Assembly (NCBI GenBank): GCA_000004695.1
Contig: CM000153.2
Location: 2,976,001 to 3,040,000, forward strand
DNA: 64,000 bases
From: Dictyostelium discoideum
Taxonomy: Eukaryota
Direction: 5' to 3'
The notes beneath the pieces are model-generated. The model was not told where the DNA came from, did no database searches, and worked only from the letters and a program-made list of their open reading frames with translations. The position numbers were made by a program, and so were the translations under genes. Shown here piece after piece: positions 29,651 through 44,870 of the stretch (positions are counted from its first letter, which is position 1; the number at the start of each line of letters is the position of its first letter).

Positions 29651-30382
29651 GCACCTTTTCCAATATTTTACAATAAAAAAAACATAATAGTTTTTTTTAA
29701 AATAGTAACTTAAATAAACTTTTTTTAAAACAAAGAGTAGAACATAGATAAAAAACTAAAAAAATATTAAAAAAAGAAAATATATCCACTAAAAAGTATG
29801 GGTACTTATTTAGTGGATATATTATCTATTTTATATATTTTTTTTTGAAAATAAACAATGTCATTTCTATTTTTTTTTTTTTTTTGTATATAAATAATTA
29901 ATTTTAATTTGGGTCAAGAAAATCACAACAAAATAAAATTAGTTTCAAATTGTTTTTCTTTATTTAAAATAAAAATAATAAAGTATTAAATTTCTAAATA
30001 GAATTATTTTAATAAAAAGATTTATAAAACACGAACCAATCCACTTGCAAGACGTACAGTCCTCATGGCAATTTTTTCTAATAACTTTCATTGATTGTCA
30101 AAGCAATTCAAATTAATAAAATTTTTTTTTTTGAAAAGTTTTAATTTCTTTATTTGCAACATTTAGGAAAAAAAAAATAAATGAAATAAAAAATAAGTAG
30201 AAAGAAGGTTTGAATAAATAAATAGTTTTTTTTAATTTTTTATTTTTTATTTTTTTTTTTGAATAAAATTGTGGAAAAAAAAAAAAAAGAATTATATAAT
30301 CCATGAATTTACAAAGATAGCTGTTATACTATTTGTAAATTACTTGAAGTTGAATAATTGTTGGGTTGGATTATTATAGGCT

Positions 30383-30429
<47 letters not shown>

Positions 30430-30659
30430 AAAGATATTTACAAATGTTATTATTATTATTAGTAGTTATTGTTGTATTAATATTTTTAGTATTGTTATAT
30501 GATGATGATTTTATAAATATACTATATTTCTTTTATCCAATTTTTTTTTTTTTTTTTTTTTTTTTGTGTTTGTATAAATAATTAATTATTTTTTTTTTTC
30601 TTTTTTTTTTTCTTTTTTTTTTTTTTCATGTTTGTATAAATAATTAATTTAAATTGAAT

Positions 30660-31359
30660 TTAAAAATTTGAAGAATTAATTGCAGAACCAAGAGCTCTTT
30701 TTTTGGAGTATCTTGAGGAGTTACCTGGTGGTGAGTCTTGGAGTGAACAATAACCTTTCCAAGCTTCATATGAGCCTTTATCCAATTCTTTTTTCATTGA
30801 GGCGATGGTTGCTTCCAAGTCGGCAACTTTATTTTGTAATTTATCATTTTCTGAAAGGGCTTCGATCAATGCCATTCTCATCTTATCAGTATCACTATCG
30901 TTATCGATTCTAACTTTTTCCATAATTCTAATTTTATCTTTTAATAATTCCATCTCTTTTTCCATTTGTTTCTTTTTTAATTTATTCTATTTTTTTATTT
31001 TATTTTTTTTTTTTTTCATTATTAGTAAATTTAAATAATTTAAAATGATTTAAAGTGCTCTATTGAATACTTACTGGTTTAGTTGGAGTAAAAAAGTTTT
31101 TAGCAGCAGATGCAGCAGAAACAACTGGTGATGGAGATGGTGGTGGTTGTTGTTGTTGTTGTTGTTGAGTATGAGTAAGGGTCATCATTGTTGGAGAAGT
31201 GGTTGAAGCAGAAGTAATAAGTTCTCTTTTTGTTGGAGTATGAGAGATTGTGTATCTTGAAGATTTTGGACTCTGTGAAAACAATTGTTGTTTAGATTGT
31301 TGATGTTGAAGTCCAGCAGCGATAATATTAATTAATGGATGTGGGTGTTGGGATAACAT
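30660..31359 (-). CDS. hypothetical Gln/Ser-rich coiled-coil protein (~200 aa, 2 exons)
   Basis: Exon 1 is 31359-31072 (MLSQHPHPLINIIAAGLQHQQSKQQLF...polyQ...PTKP), with a CCA|GTAAGT donor. The acceptor is aaaaaag at ~30975. Exon 2 runs to 30660 (KQMEKEMELLKDKIRIMEKVRIDNDSD...KVADLEATIASMKKELDK, with heptad character). I recognise no homolog. Confidence 0.4.
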
Positions 31360-31825
31360 TTTTTTTTTTGTTTTTTGTTTTTTTTTTTTTTTTTGTTTTA
31401 AAAATAAAATAAACAATTAAAAGAAAGTATTAAAAAATAAAATAAAAAAATTATTTTAATTGAGATTAAATAAATAAATAAATAATTGGTAGTTAAAAAT
31501 TATTTTAATAATTTTTAAAAAATAAATAAAATAATAATTTGATAATAGAGAAAAAAAAAATAATAAGAGAAAAGAAAATGTATTGGGTTAATATATATAA
31601 TTGTTTGAATAGTATTGATTGATGTTTTTTTTATTAATAATTTTTTTTTTTTTATTTAAACAAATTTATATTTTTAAAAAAAAAAAAATAAAATTATTTT
31701 ATTATTAAAATAAAATAAATAAAAATTATTATTACAAAAAAAATTGTGACGTGATTACAAATTAATATTAATTAATATTAATTAATATTGGTATGTGGGT
31801 GGTGGTGGGTTGAGTTTTTACTTAC

Positions 31826-32091
31826 AAGTGATGTACCGTCTAAGAAACTAATATGGTTTGATGAATTATTATTATTATTATTAGAGTTTGATTTTAATGG
31901 GGTTGATTTTGTAGATACAGATTGTCTTGGTGATGAAAGTTTTGGTGTTTGTGGTGACAATGGAGAAGAGTATTTACTAGTTGATTGTGGTGGAGAATTT
32001 GTTATATCATACAATGCTGCATCTGCATTTCTAACCAATGCTGATGTAGTTTTACGATGTGCTTTGTATGGAGTATTACTCTTGAATTTTG
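31826..32091 (-). CDS. putative internal coding exon (Ser/Pro/Thr-rich, no start codon) bounded by an acceptor ccttag and a GTAAGT donor
   Basis: An open frame of 266 nt: KSKFKSNTPYKAHRKTTSALVRNADAALYDITNSPPQSTSKYSSPLSPQTPKLSSPRQSVSTKSTPLKSNSNNNNNNSSNHISFLDGTSL. It is followed by GTAAGT. The only candidate 5' exon is the mini-ORF at 33599-33549, which would need an atypically long (~1.4 kb) intron. Confidence 0.3.
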
Positions 32092-34018
32092 ATTTCTAAG
32101 GTTTGATTTTTTTTTTTTTTTTTTTAATATTATTTAATAATTAAACAAATAAAGATTAATTAATATAATAATAATAATAATAATAATTTTAGATGATTAG
32201 ATACAATATTAATAATGGTTTTAAAAGTAGTGGTATTTTAGAGAAAGAATAAAAGAGTTAGAAATTAATTAAATTAAAATTTTATGTAAAGAAAAATAAA
32301 ATAATAAAAAAAAAAAAATAAAAAAAAAAAATTATCTAAACAAATAAAGAATTATTATTGACTTTGGGTGTGGGTTTTATTTTTTATTTTTTATTTTTTT
32401 TTTTCAACACAACAATCACAAATACATCACTGAAAAAAAAAAAAAAAAAACTAAAGTCTGCAACTATTTGCAACTAAATTAATCCAAAACTAATTTAATT
32501 TAAATTTATTTTTTTTATTATTAATTTTAATTTTATTATAACAAAAACAAAGAAAAAAAAAAACACAATCATAAAATAAAAATAAACACAATGTATACAT
32601 ACAAAAGTATTAAAACTATATTATTATATAAAATGGGTAATTATGTGTAATTTTGTGGAATAAATAAAAATAAATAACAAATTTTATATATATAAAAGAT
32701 AGATGAATTTAAATAAATAATAATAAAATAATTGTGTTTTTTTTTTTTTTTAATGCTTATATAATTTATTTTTCTTTTTTAAAATAACAAATAAAATAAA
32801 ATAAAATTAAAGTAATATGTTTTTTTTTTATTTTTTTTATTTTAAAAACACAACTAAAACACTCGTTTATATTTAAATAGTAATATAAATAAAATGATGA
32901 TATTGAAAATAAATTAATTTACAAAAAATGTAAAAAGCAAATTTGTGTCATTGAAAAAGGGTGAGTTTAAATAAGTAATACACACGCATTGATTTTATAT
33001 TTTTTTTTTGAAAAATAAAATTAACAAAAAACATGGTACACTTTAATATATATGGTGGTGATAAGAATAGGTGAAATGCGAATATCTATATATTATTTTA
33101 TTTTTATTAAAAAAAAAAAAAATAAAGGGTGAAAAACAAAATAATGCCAAATTTATATAAAATTATTTGTATTGGGGACACACACACACATAAATAGTCC
33201 CTTAAAAGATAAAAAAATTATATAGATACTATTAATTATAGTAATTTAATCTTAAAAATAAATTTTTTATATTTTTTATATTTTTTTTTTTTTTTTGAGT
33301 GATTGTGAATAATAAACAAATAAAAAAAAAATGCCCGAAAGTGGATAAAAAAAAAAAAATTCTAAGATTAAAAGTAATTATAGAGGAAAAAAAAAAAAAA
33401 AAAAAAAAACATATAATTATGGTAAAAACAAAATAGTATAATTAAATGTGTATATTGGATTTTATTAAAAGAATATATGAATATATATATGTATGTGATT
33501 GGTATATATAAATTTTTTTTTTTTTTTTTTTTTTTTCTTAATACTTACATCATCATTTTGGTCATAAGAGATTGATTCTAAATAAATTTTGCTTGACATT
33601 TCTAGATTAATATATTACAATATTTTTTTTTTAATTTAATTCTTTTATTTAATTGAATTTAATTTATTTTTTTATTTATTTTTATTTTTCTGTTGCAATT
33701 AAATTAATTGTATAATAAAATGTTTTGTTTTGAAAATAAAAAAAAGTAAAAAATTTTTTTTTTTTTTTTTATAATTTTTTTTTTTTATTTTCAATATTCG
33801 TCCGTTAAAGGGTATAATTCAATTAAAAGGGCAAATTTATAATAAACAAATTATGTTTTAAAATTGGAAAAAAAACTGTGAGTTTAAAAATTTAAATTTT
33901 AAAGCGCCAATCCCATTTCTTTTTTTTTTATTTTTTTTTTTATTTTTTATTTTCATTTTTTTTTTTCAAAAATTTTCAAAAAAAAAAAAAAAATCAAAAA
34001 AAAGTAATAAAACAAAGA

Positions 34019-37081
<3,063 letters not shown>

Positions 37082-37565
37082 GAAAAAAAATAAAAAAAAA
37101 TACTTTAAATTTTTAAACTGCATCTTATTTTTTTTTTTTTTTAAAAAATTATTTGAATTGTTTTTATTTTTTATTTATATAAATATATATTATTTTTTTT
37201 TTTTTTTTATTCTATTTTTATTACAACTAATTGTTATTTTACAGTATTTGTTTGGTAAGATAATTTTACTAACCACAATGTAACCTCAAAAAAAAAAAAA
37301 ACAAAACCTCAACCACACATTAATTTTAGGAAGTTTTTTATTAAATTTTAAGCGATTGATGCTAAATTTAAATTTTCTTTTTTTATTTTATTTTATCCAC
37401 CACATCACTTCAAACCTCAACAGTTATTTTTTTATTTTTTTATTTTTTTTTAATTCTTTTTTATTTTTTTTTATTTTATTCTTTTTTTTATTTTTTTTTA
37501 TTTTTTTTTTTTTATTTTTTATTTTTTTATTGATTATATTATAATTATTATTGTTTTTAATTTTA

Positions 37566-37636
<71 letters not shown>

Positions 37637-37769
37637 TTATTATTTTTATTTTATTTATTATTATTACTATTATTTTATTTTTTTAAAAATAGATAATTAT
37701 CCAATTATTATCTATACAAAAAAAAATAAATAAATTATATATTTATAAATTATTTACAAAAGAACAAAA

Positions 37770-38452
37770 ATGTATAATATTGAAAATAACAGTATCTTAA
37801 TTGATAATGAAACATTTAGTTATAAAAAAACAATAAGGGATAATAGTATATATAGATCAATAATAATTGGAATTATAATTTTCCTTTTAAATAATTTTTT
37901 GAAGGTAAATAATTTTTTTTTATTTTTTTTTTTTCTTTATTTTTTTTTCATCCTTTCTCACTATTTTTTTTATTTTTTAAAATTAGAATTTCAGTAATTC
38001 AGAGATCGTATTAGGTTTATCGCCTAAATTTAAAATATTATTGTTTATAATTTCATTAATTTCAAGTTTATTTGTTACTATATTAATTTCAAAAACCTGT
38101 AAAAAAATATCATTAATAATTCCATCAATTTTTCTATACTTTTTATTTTTAACAAATTGTTATATTCAATTTCGTCAAGACAATGGCAATGCTAATATAA
38201 CAGGAGAATTAAACCAAAATGGTGATATTAGTACAATTAGTGGTAGTAGTAGTAGTGGCAGTAATATTGATGGCCAATTTAAAAATGATATAAATAAACA
38301 GATATTGGTAACTGTTATCTCAATAGTTTCAATAATCATGTCACCATTTTTCATTCAATATTTTTGGGTATCAACAATCGAATTTATAATTAAAATTTCA
38401 AATCAATCAAATATTGGATTACATTTTGGTATTGTATGTGTCATTTTTATTG

Positions 38453-38488
<36 letters not shown>

Positions 38489-39638
38489 ATTTTTTAATTT
38501 ATTATTATTAAAATTATAGATTTTAGGGTTACCAGATTTTTTAGATTCATTATTTTCATATTTAGTCAAACATTTTACATTAAATAATTATTATGAATTT
38601 GGTTTAATATTTATTATACCAATAATCATTTTAATTTTATTATTAGGTAAAACCAGTATTACTTGTAATAAATTTGATAAAATCTGTTTTGATAGTAATA
38701 GCTTTTTTGATGGAAAGCAAATTCAATATCAACAATATCAACAACATCATCACCACCATCAACAACAACAACAACATCATAATAATCAAATTCAAAATAA
38801 TGAAATACCATTACCAAGATCAATTCAAATAAAAAGTAATCCAATAATTTCAACAATTAAATTAATGAAAAAAAAAGAATTTATTCATATGGTACCAGTT
38901 ATATTATTATATGGGTTTATTGGGAATTGGTTAAATTATGAACTTTTTGATGAAATTATTTTAGGGTATAAAGCATCTACACAATTCATTATAATCTCAC
39001 ATTTAATTAGTAGTTGTTTATGTTTTACAATTTTTGGATACTTTAGTTATAAATTTAAAAGAACTTTAATTATAATTTCAGTTTTATTGGTTGGTATAAT
39101 CGGTTCAGTTATAAATGTTTTAGTCATTTATTATGAAATTGAGCTATTAGAAAAAAATACATCTTTATATTTCTCAAGTTTATTATTCATTCAAATGATA
39201 TACTATTTAATTGGAATTCAAATTTATAGTCATATATCACACTTGTTTGAAGATAAATTCAATTCATTATATTCTTCATCATCGGCATCAGCAACAGCAG
39301 CAGCAGGGGCAGAAATATCATCAGCAATAATATTCTCATCAAATTATTCATTTTTATCATCAGAATTATCAATACCAATACCAGAATTATTTTCATATTA
39401 TTCACCATTATCAATTTCAGCTGCAATTAAATTCACTCAAATATTTGGTAGTTCAATTCTTTACTTTGTTTATAATTGGTCCACTTTTTTCATTAGATTT
39501 ATTGTTTTCATTGTGTTATTAATTATTGGAACTTTAAGTTTCATTCATTCAATTAAACATTTATCAAAGAAAAGTAATCAATTTAAACAATTTTTAATTT
39601 TAAATTCAAATGATGATGAAGAATATAATGGTTTTTAA
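37770..39638 (+). CDS. hypothetical multi-pass transmembrane protein (~10 predicted helices), 3 exons
   Basis: Exon 1 is 37770-~37905 (MYNIENNSILIDNETFSYKK...IIIGIIIFLLNNFLK|GTAAAT). Exon 2 is ~37990-~38445 (hydrophobic helices plus a polyS/N loop). Exon 3 is ~38518-39638 (many hydrophobic segments, a His/Gln-rich loop QQHHHHHQQQQQHHNNQ, and an Ala/Ser-rich loop). I recognise no family. Confidence 0.55.
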
Positions 39639-40455
39639 TAATAAAAAAACCATTGTTTATTTGTATAAAAAAAAAAAGATTTAAATTATTTTTGTTAAAT
39701 AGTTTTATTTTATTATTTTTTTATTGTTTTTTATTTTTTTTTTAAAAACATTACTACTTATAATAACATCTTATTATAATAACTTATTAAATCTGTTTGG
39801 GTGGCGAATCATGTTTTTATCTTGATCATAAGGGCATCAGTTCTAACATTGGGGAATGATTTGTTTTCTACTTGAGTTTGGGATAACAAAATGAATGTAT
39901 ACCTAAATTTCCATAATCATTGTTAAAGAAATCTTGTGAATTTGGTACTGCATTCAATAGAGATCACCTGAACCAATAAACGTTTGACATTTGTTATTTA
40001 AGAAAGTATAATAACATTTGGTAATGGTTTTACAATATAGGGGCATGGGGATCCAATGACAGATCTCCAAAAAAGAAAAAGCCCAAGTAAATTGACCGCG
40101 CTGGTAACTTTGTCACCCCTCACTGGCAGCTGGACATTATCACTATTCCTTACTATCAACCTATCTCCACATTACTTTCTATTGGCAGTGAATGGGAGAT
40201 ACAGGAGGACAGGATAGCCACTGGTATAGTTAATCTTACTTAGGAGGCTTCATTTGGAATAAGTATTACCATTTGCGTTTGTTACTTGACTCATTAGTTT
40301 AATGACATTAACAATTTTGTTAAAAAAATATAATTAAAAAATGAAAAAATTCTAAAACCAATAGACTAAGGTAGATAAACAAAAAAAAAAAGATTTTAAA
40401 TAATTTAAATAATTTTATTTGTATGTTTTTTTTATATTTTTTTTTTATTTCATTT

Positions 40456-41454
40456 TTAAACATTACTACTAATAATAACATTATCAATAAATCTATGAAA
40501 TATATTTGAATAGAATATTTCAATGGTTATATTATCATTTCCAGGGAAATATTTTTCATCTCTATAAACTAAATAAAATCTAAGAGGTATTTTATTATTA
40601 TATAACTCATCATTAAATATTTTTATTTCTTTTTCTATTTTTTTATACTATTTTGTTTGTTTTTTGTTTTTTAAAATAAAATAAAATTTTAAAGATATAA
40701 ATTAATATCTTATTTTAAATCTAATAATAAAATAAAAAAAAACCACTCTTTTTTTTTTTATTTTTTTATTTTTTTTTTTTAAATGTGTTTAAAAACTTAC
40801 TATTCTCATTCTTCTTGAATCAGATAGAAATAAGAAAAATAAAATTGCGCAAAAACCAACCCATATAATACAAAAAATCACAAATGATCCTAATGGGTAG
40901 ACATATGATAAACCAAAAGTAACACCAGGAGATGTAATTAATATAATTAGTACTATTATTAATACTATATTATGAGTGGTTGGATCGTGTAATCTATTTA
41001 AACTTTTAATAAATCTATTGTAATCTCCTTGTGAAATTAAATTCGATATTTCTCTTGGAACTCTACTACGATTTTTTTGAAAATATTCTCTAACACTACC
41101 ATGAACTTTTAATTCCACCCTTTTATATTGTTCTTTATATAAATTATATATACTAATTTTATTTACATCTATTATTGGCTCAATATTATTATTTAAATTA
41201 TTATTATTATTATTATAATTAATTGAATTATTATTTATTGAACTATCTAAACTTTTATTCATTAAATCATTATTTGGCTTTAAAATTGTATCATGACTTT
41301 TACTAATACTATTATTTAAATCGTTACTTATAATACTATTATTTATATCGTTATTTGAATTTTCATTATGATTTATATTATTATTTATATTATTATTATT
41401 AATTCCTATATCACTTAATTTTTTTTCATCAATCATGGTGATTTCTTTTATCAA
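40456..41454 (-). CDS. member P1 of a 3-gene family of small Asn-rich two-TM proteins
   Basis: Main ORF is 41454-40789: Asn-rich N-term, a conserved motif RVPREISNLISQGDYNRFIKSLNRLHDP, then two hydrophobic helices. A canonical AGA ATA|GTAAGT donor at ~40806 and an aaaatag acceptor at ~40641 would add a 3' exon 40640-40456, encoding YKKIEKEIKIFNDELYNNKIPLRFYLVYRDEKYFPGNDNITIEIFYSN... That peptide is conserved with the region downstream of P2. Alternatively the ORF simply terminates at 40789 (..RRMRIVSF*). Confidence 0.55.
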
Positions 41455-42260
41455 GAAAAAAAAAAAAAAAGGTTTTCCTTTTTTTTTTTTTTTTTTTTTA
41501 TAATTTATAAATATTATTATTTATTATTATTTTGTTATAAATATTTATAATTAATAAAAAATAAATTTTAAAAATAAATTTTAAAAATAAAAAAAAATAA
41601 ATTAAAAAGAATATGAAACACAATTATATTTTTTAATTATTTTTATTTTTTTTATTTTTTTTTATATAACAATTATAAATTTATATTGAGAGTCTTTTTA
41701 AATAATAATTAATTTAAATATTGTGAGTGTAATTTAAATTATTGCACAATAAAAAAAAAATTATAATTATTTTCAAATTGTAAAATATCAAAAAATACTT
41801 TTTTAATTTTTTCACACACAAACACTATCTCTCATTTTGTCTTTGTTTTTTTTTTTTTGTACTTGGTGGTAGTGAAATTTAAAAAAACAAATAAAAATAA
41901 ATAAAAAATAAATAAAAAAAAAAAAAAAAAAAAAAATTAAAAATTACAAAAAATAATTGTATTATATCTTGTTGGCCACGCCCACATAAATTATATATAT
42001 ATATAATATATATTATAATTTATATATATATATAATTATTTTGCGATTTATATTGTTTTTCAATATTATACAACCACGTGACCTGTAAAATCCAACATAT
42101 CATTTCTTATATATATATTTTATAAAAAAAAAATGAAACATAGGTTTATTTTTATATTTATAATTTTTTATTTGTGGTGATAGTAATTTATCATAGATAG
42201 AGATATATATCATACAAAAATGTTTATTTTATTTTTTATACTTTTATTTATTTTTTGTTT

Positions 42261-42983
42261 TTATTCATTTATAAAAGTAACTTCAATTGAAATTTTATCA
42301 AAACCAGGTACAACATGATTCTCTTTATAAATTAATCTGAATAAAATAGGTATTTTTTTATTTATTAAAAAGGAATTATAATTTAAAATAATTTCTTCAA
42401 TTTTATAATTCTTTTTTTTATATAATACAAAATATGTTAATATTACTATATTTATAAATAAAATAAATTATTTAAAATTTATACAAACAATTCTTTTTTC
42501 AATTAATCCATTGGTTAAAATAAATATTGCAATATAAAATAATAAAGTTAAACAAATTCCAAATGCAAGTCTAGGTGAAAATGTGAATACTATAAAGAAT
42601 AACGGAATAATCAATATCATTGATAATATCATTAAAATTAACATTATTTGATAATAAATAGGTAATCTTTTATTATTTATTTTAACAATAAATTGTTTAT
42701 ATAATTCTTCCTCAACAATTAAATGTTGGATTTCATTTGGTATTTCATTTGAAAAATAATTTTTATATGTCCCATTTGGTTGGATTTCAAATGTTAATAT
42801 ATTATTTTCATTTATACTTTCATTAAAACTACTTTTTAAACACTTTTTAATAGAACTATTACTATTATTATTATTATTATTATTAATATTATTTTTATTA
42901 AAAACTATAGTATTTTTTATTTCAATTTCACAAATTTGGTCTTTAATATTTAAATTTTGGTTTTCTGTGATTAAGTTATTCAT
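42261..42983 (-). CDS. member P2 of the small two-TM family
   Basis: ORF 42983-42468: Asn-rich N-term, motif PNEIQHLIVEEELYKQFIVKINNKRLP, two TM helices, ends ..EKRIVCINFK*. The 60 codons after the TAA stay open in the same frame and encode NYKIEEIILNYNSFLINKKIPILFRLIYKENHVVPGFDKISIEVTFINE*. This aligns to the P1 3' peptide: KIP(L/I)xF(Y/R)L(V/I)Y(R/K)...(F/V)PGxDxI(T/S)IE(I/V). An ATT|GTTTGT...aaaaaag intron of 79 nt would join them in frame. Confidence 0.5.
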
Positions 42984-43559
42984 TTATTATTTTAATTATT
43001 ATTAGAAATAGAATTTTTTTATTTTTTTATTTTTTTTTATTTTTTTTTTTTAAAAATAATAAAATATAATAAATGGATTTAAAATAATTTTAAATATTAT
43101 TGGTTTGAATGTCATATATATTTACATTCACCATTTATTTGTTCAATTAATATTTTAAATAAAAAAACAAATAAATAAAAAAAAAAAAAACACTAAAAAT
43201 TTTAACCCCTAAATCCATGTATCATTTAAAAATAAATGTTATCATTTTTTAATGTTACCATTTTAATTTTATTGTTAATTTATGATTGGATATTTTAATT
43301 TCCAATTGTTCATATTTTATATTCATAATCATAATAAATTCTATATACCGGTTGTACTCTTTAAATTCAAAAAAGTTTGTTAAATATTGAATGATTACAT
43401 TCTAACTCCTCTTATTTACTATTATGGTCTATCTTTTATATTTATAATTATAAAAATATTTTTTAATCTCATTTTTTATAAATTAAATAAAATATAGCAA
43501 TAAACTGCGGTTGAAAAATCAAAAATAAAACCAATGATATTGAAATTTAGAAATGTAAT

Positions 43560-43659
43560 NNNNNNNNNNNNNNNNNNNNNNNNNNNNNNNNNNNNNNNNN
43601 NNNNNNNNNNNNNNNNNNNNNNNNNNNNNNNNNNNNNNNNNNNNNNNNNNNNNNNNNNN
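43560..43659. other. assembly gap (100 N)
   Basis: A run of N. It lies exactly where the 3' region of family member P3 would be. Confidence 0.99.
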
Positions 43660-43758
43660 TCCAATTCAATTTGGTCATCCTTTTTTATATTTTAATATAT
43701 TTTATGTTTTTAGTATTTTTACTTTTAAATTTTATTATTATTATTATTTTTATTAATA

Positions 43759-44199
43759 TTATTTAATAAAATTATCAAAACAAACATTTTTATTTCTATA
43801 TCCTGAAAAAATTAAAAAACATGTAATAAATACTGGGATGGCTCCAAATGGTATAATATAATATAGAGAATGATTTTTAAAAACTAAAAAAAAAACCAAT
43901 GGGAAAATTAAAATTGTTGTTATGAATATTAAAATTATTAAAATAAAAATATATTTTGGATGAATTAGTTTATTTATTTTTTTAATAAATTCATAGTATC
44001 TATTAGGATTTATTAAATTTGAAATTTCTTTTGGAACATTTTTATTAAAATTATTAAAAAGCTTCGTTGAGCTTTTAAGTATTATAATTTCTTCTTCATC
44101 ATTTATTTTATTTTCGCTAATATAATTATTATTATTAATATTTGTAGTTTTATTATTATTATTATTATTATTATTAATATTATTTTTATCAACAGACAT
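43759..44199 (-). CDS. member P3 of the small two-TM family (3' part possibly lost in the gap)
   Basis: ORF: polyN N-term, motif NVPKEISNLINPNRYYEFIKKINKLIHP, two TM helices, ends ..NKNVCFDNFIK*. It carries the same GTTTGT at the position homologous to P2 (AAT|GTTTGT). Confidence 0.55.
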   Translation of the reverse strand: MSVDKNNINNNNNNNNKTTNINNNNYISENKINDEEEIIILKSSTKLFNNFNKNVPKEISNLINPNRYYEFIKKINKLIHPKYIFILIILIFITTILIFPLVFFLVFKNHSLYYIIPFGAIPVFITCFLIFSGYRNKNVCFDNFIK

Positions 44200-44237
44200 T
44201 CCTATTTAACAATAAATATTAAATTAAAACTTTAAAT

Positions 44238-44294
<57 letters not shown>

Positions 44295-44688
44295 TAAAAT
44301 TTATGGGGGTAGAAAAAAATTTTGAAAAAAACCAATTAAAAATGGATCCTTAAACAATAATTTTTTTTTTTTTTTTAAATTCAAAAAATTTTTTAATTTT
44401 CTTTTAATTTTGGAATAAGTTAAAAAAATTTTTTTTTTTTTAGTTTTATTTACTAATTTATTTATTAAAAAAAAAATAAAAATAATAATAATAATAATAA
44501 AATTTTTTGGGTTTTTTTATTTAAAAATTCAATAAAATTTTTAATTTTAATTTTTTTTTTTCAACCTCCCCACCATAAAAAAAGATTATTTTAATTTTTA
44601 TTAAGGAGCACCGGCTGGGAATTTTTTTTTTTTTTTTTTTTTGAGTCATTAAAAAAAGTGTATTTTCATTTTTTTTTTTTTTTTTTTT

Positions 44689-44780
44689 AAATGCTTTGTC
44701 ATTTGTTTTTTAAATGCTTTGTCATTTGTTTTTTAAATGCTTTGTCATTTGTTTTTTAAATGCTTTGTCATTTGTTTTTT
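44689..44780. repeat. 4 x 23-bp perfect tandem repeat (aaatgctttgtcatttgtttttt) ~90 bp upstream of the ATG at 44871
   Basis: The unit starts at 44689, 44712, 44735 and 44758. All four copies are identical. Confidence 0.95.
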
Positions 44781-44870
44781 ATAGTTTAGATAAAAAAAAA
44801 AAAATGTATAAATTATAATTTTTATACCAAAATTATTAATTGAAAAATTAAAAATAAATAAATAAATAAA

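Noticed and set aside
29265-29687. Antisense ORF with HGHDHF repeats and a sense +1 ORF with VIVIE repeats
   Set aside because: These are artefacts of the cgtgatcgtgac (RDRD) repeat at the 3' end of the Sen1-like CDS.
40789-40807. Whether P1 ends at ..RRMRIVSF* or splices at ATA|GTAAGT
   Set aside because: It is not resolvable from sequence alone. The read-through tail resembles the P2/P3 tails (..RIVCINFK*), but that resemblance could equally be conserved intron sequence. Both models are reported.
43281-43388. 35-codon plus-strand ORF ending KFYIPVVLFKFKKVC*, vaguely like the family C-terminal peptide (KIPxLFRLIYK)
   Set aside because: It is on the wrong strand relative to all three family members. 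The similarity is only 5-6 residues and there is no PGxDxIxIE continuation. It is likely chance.
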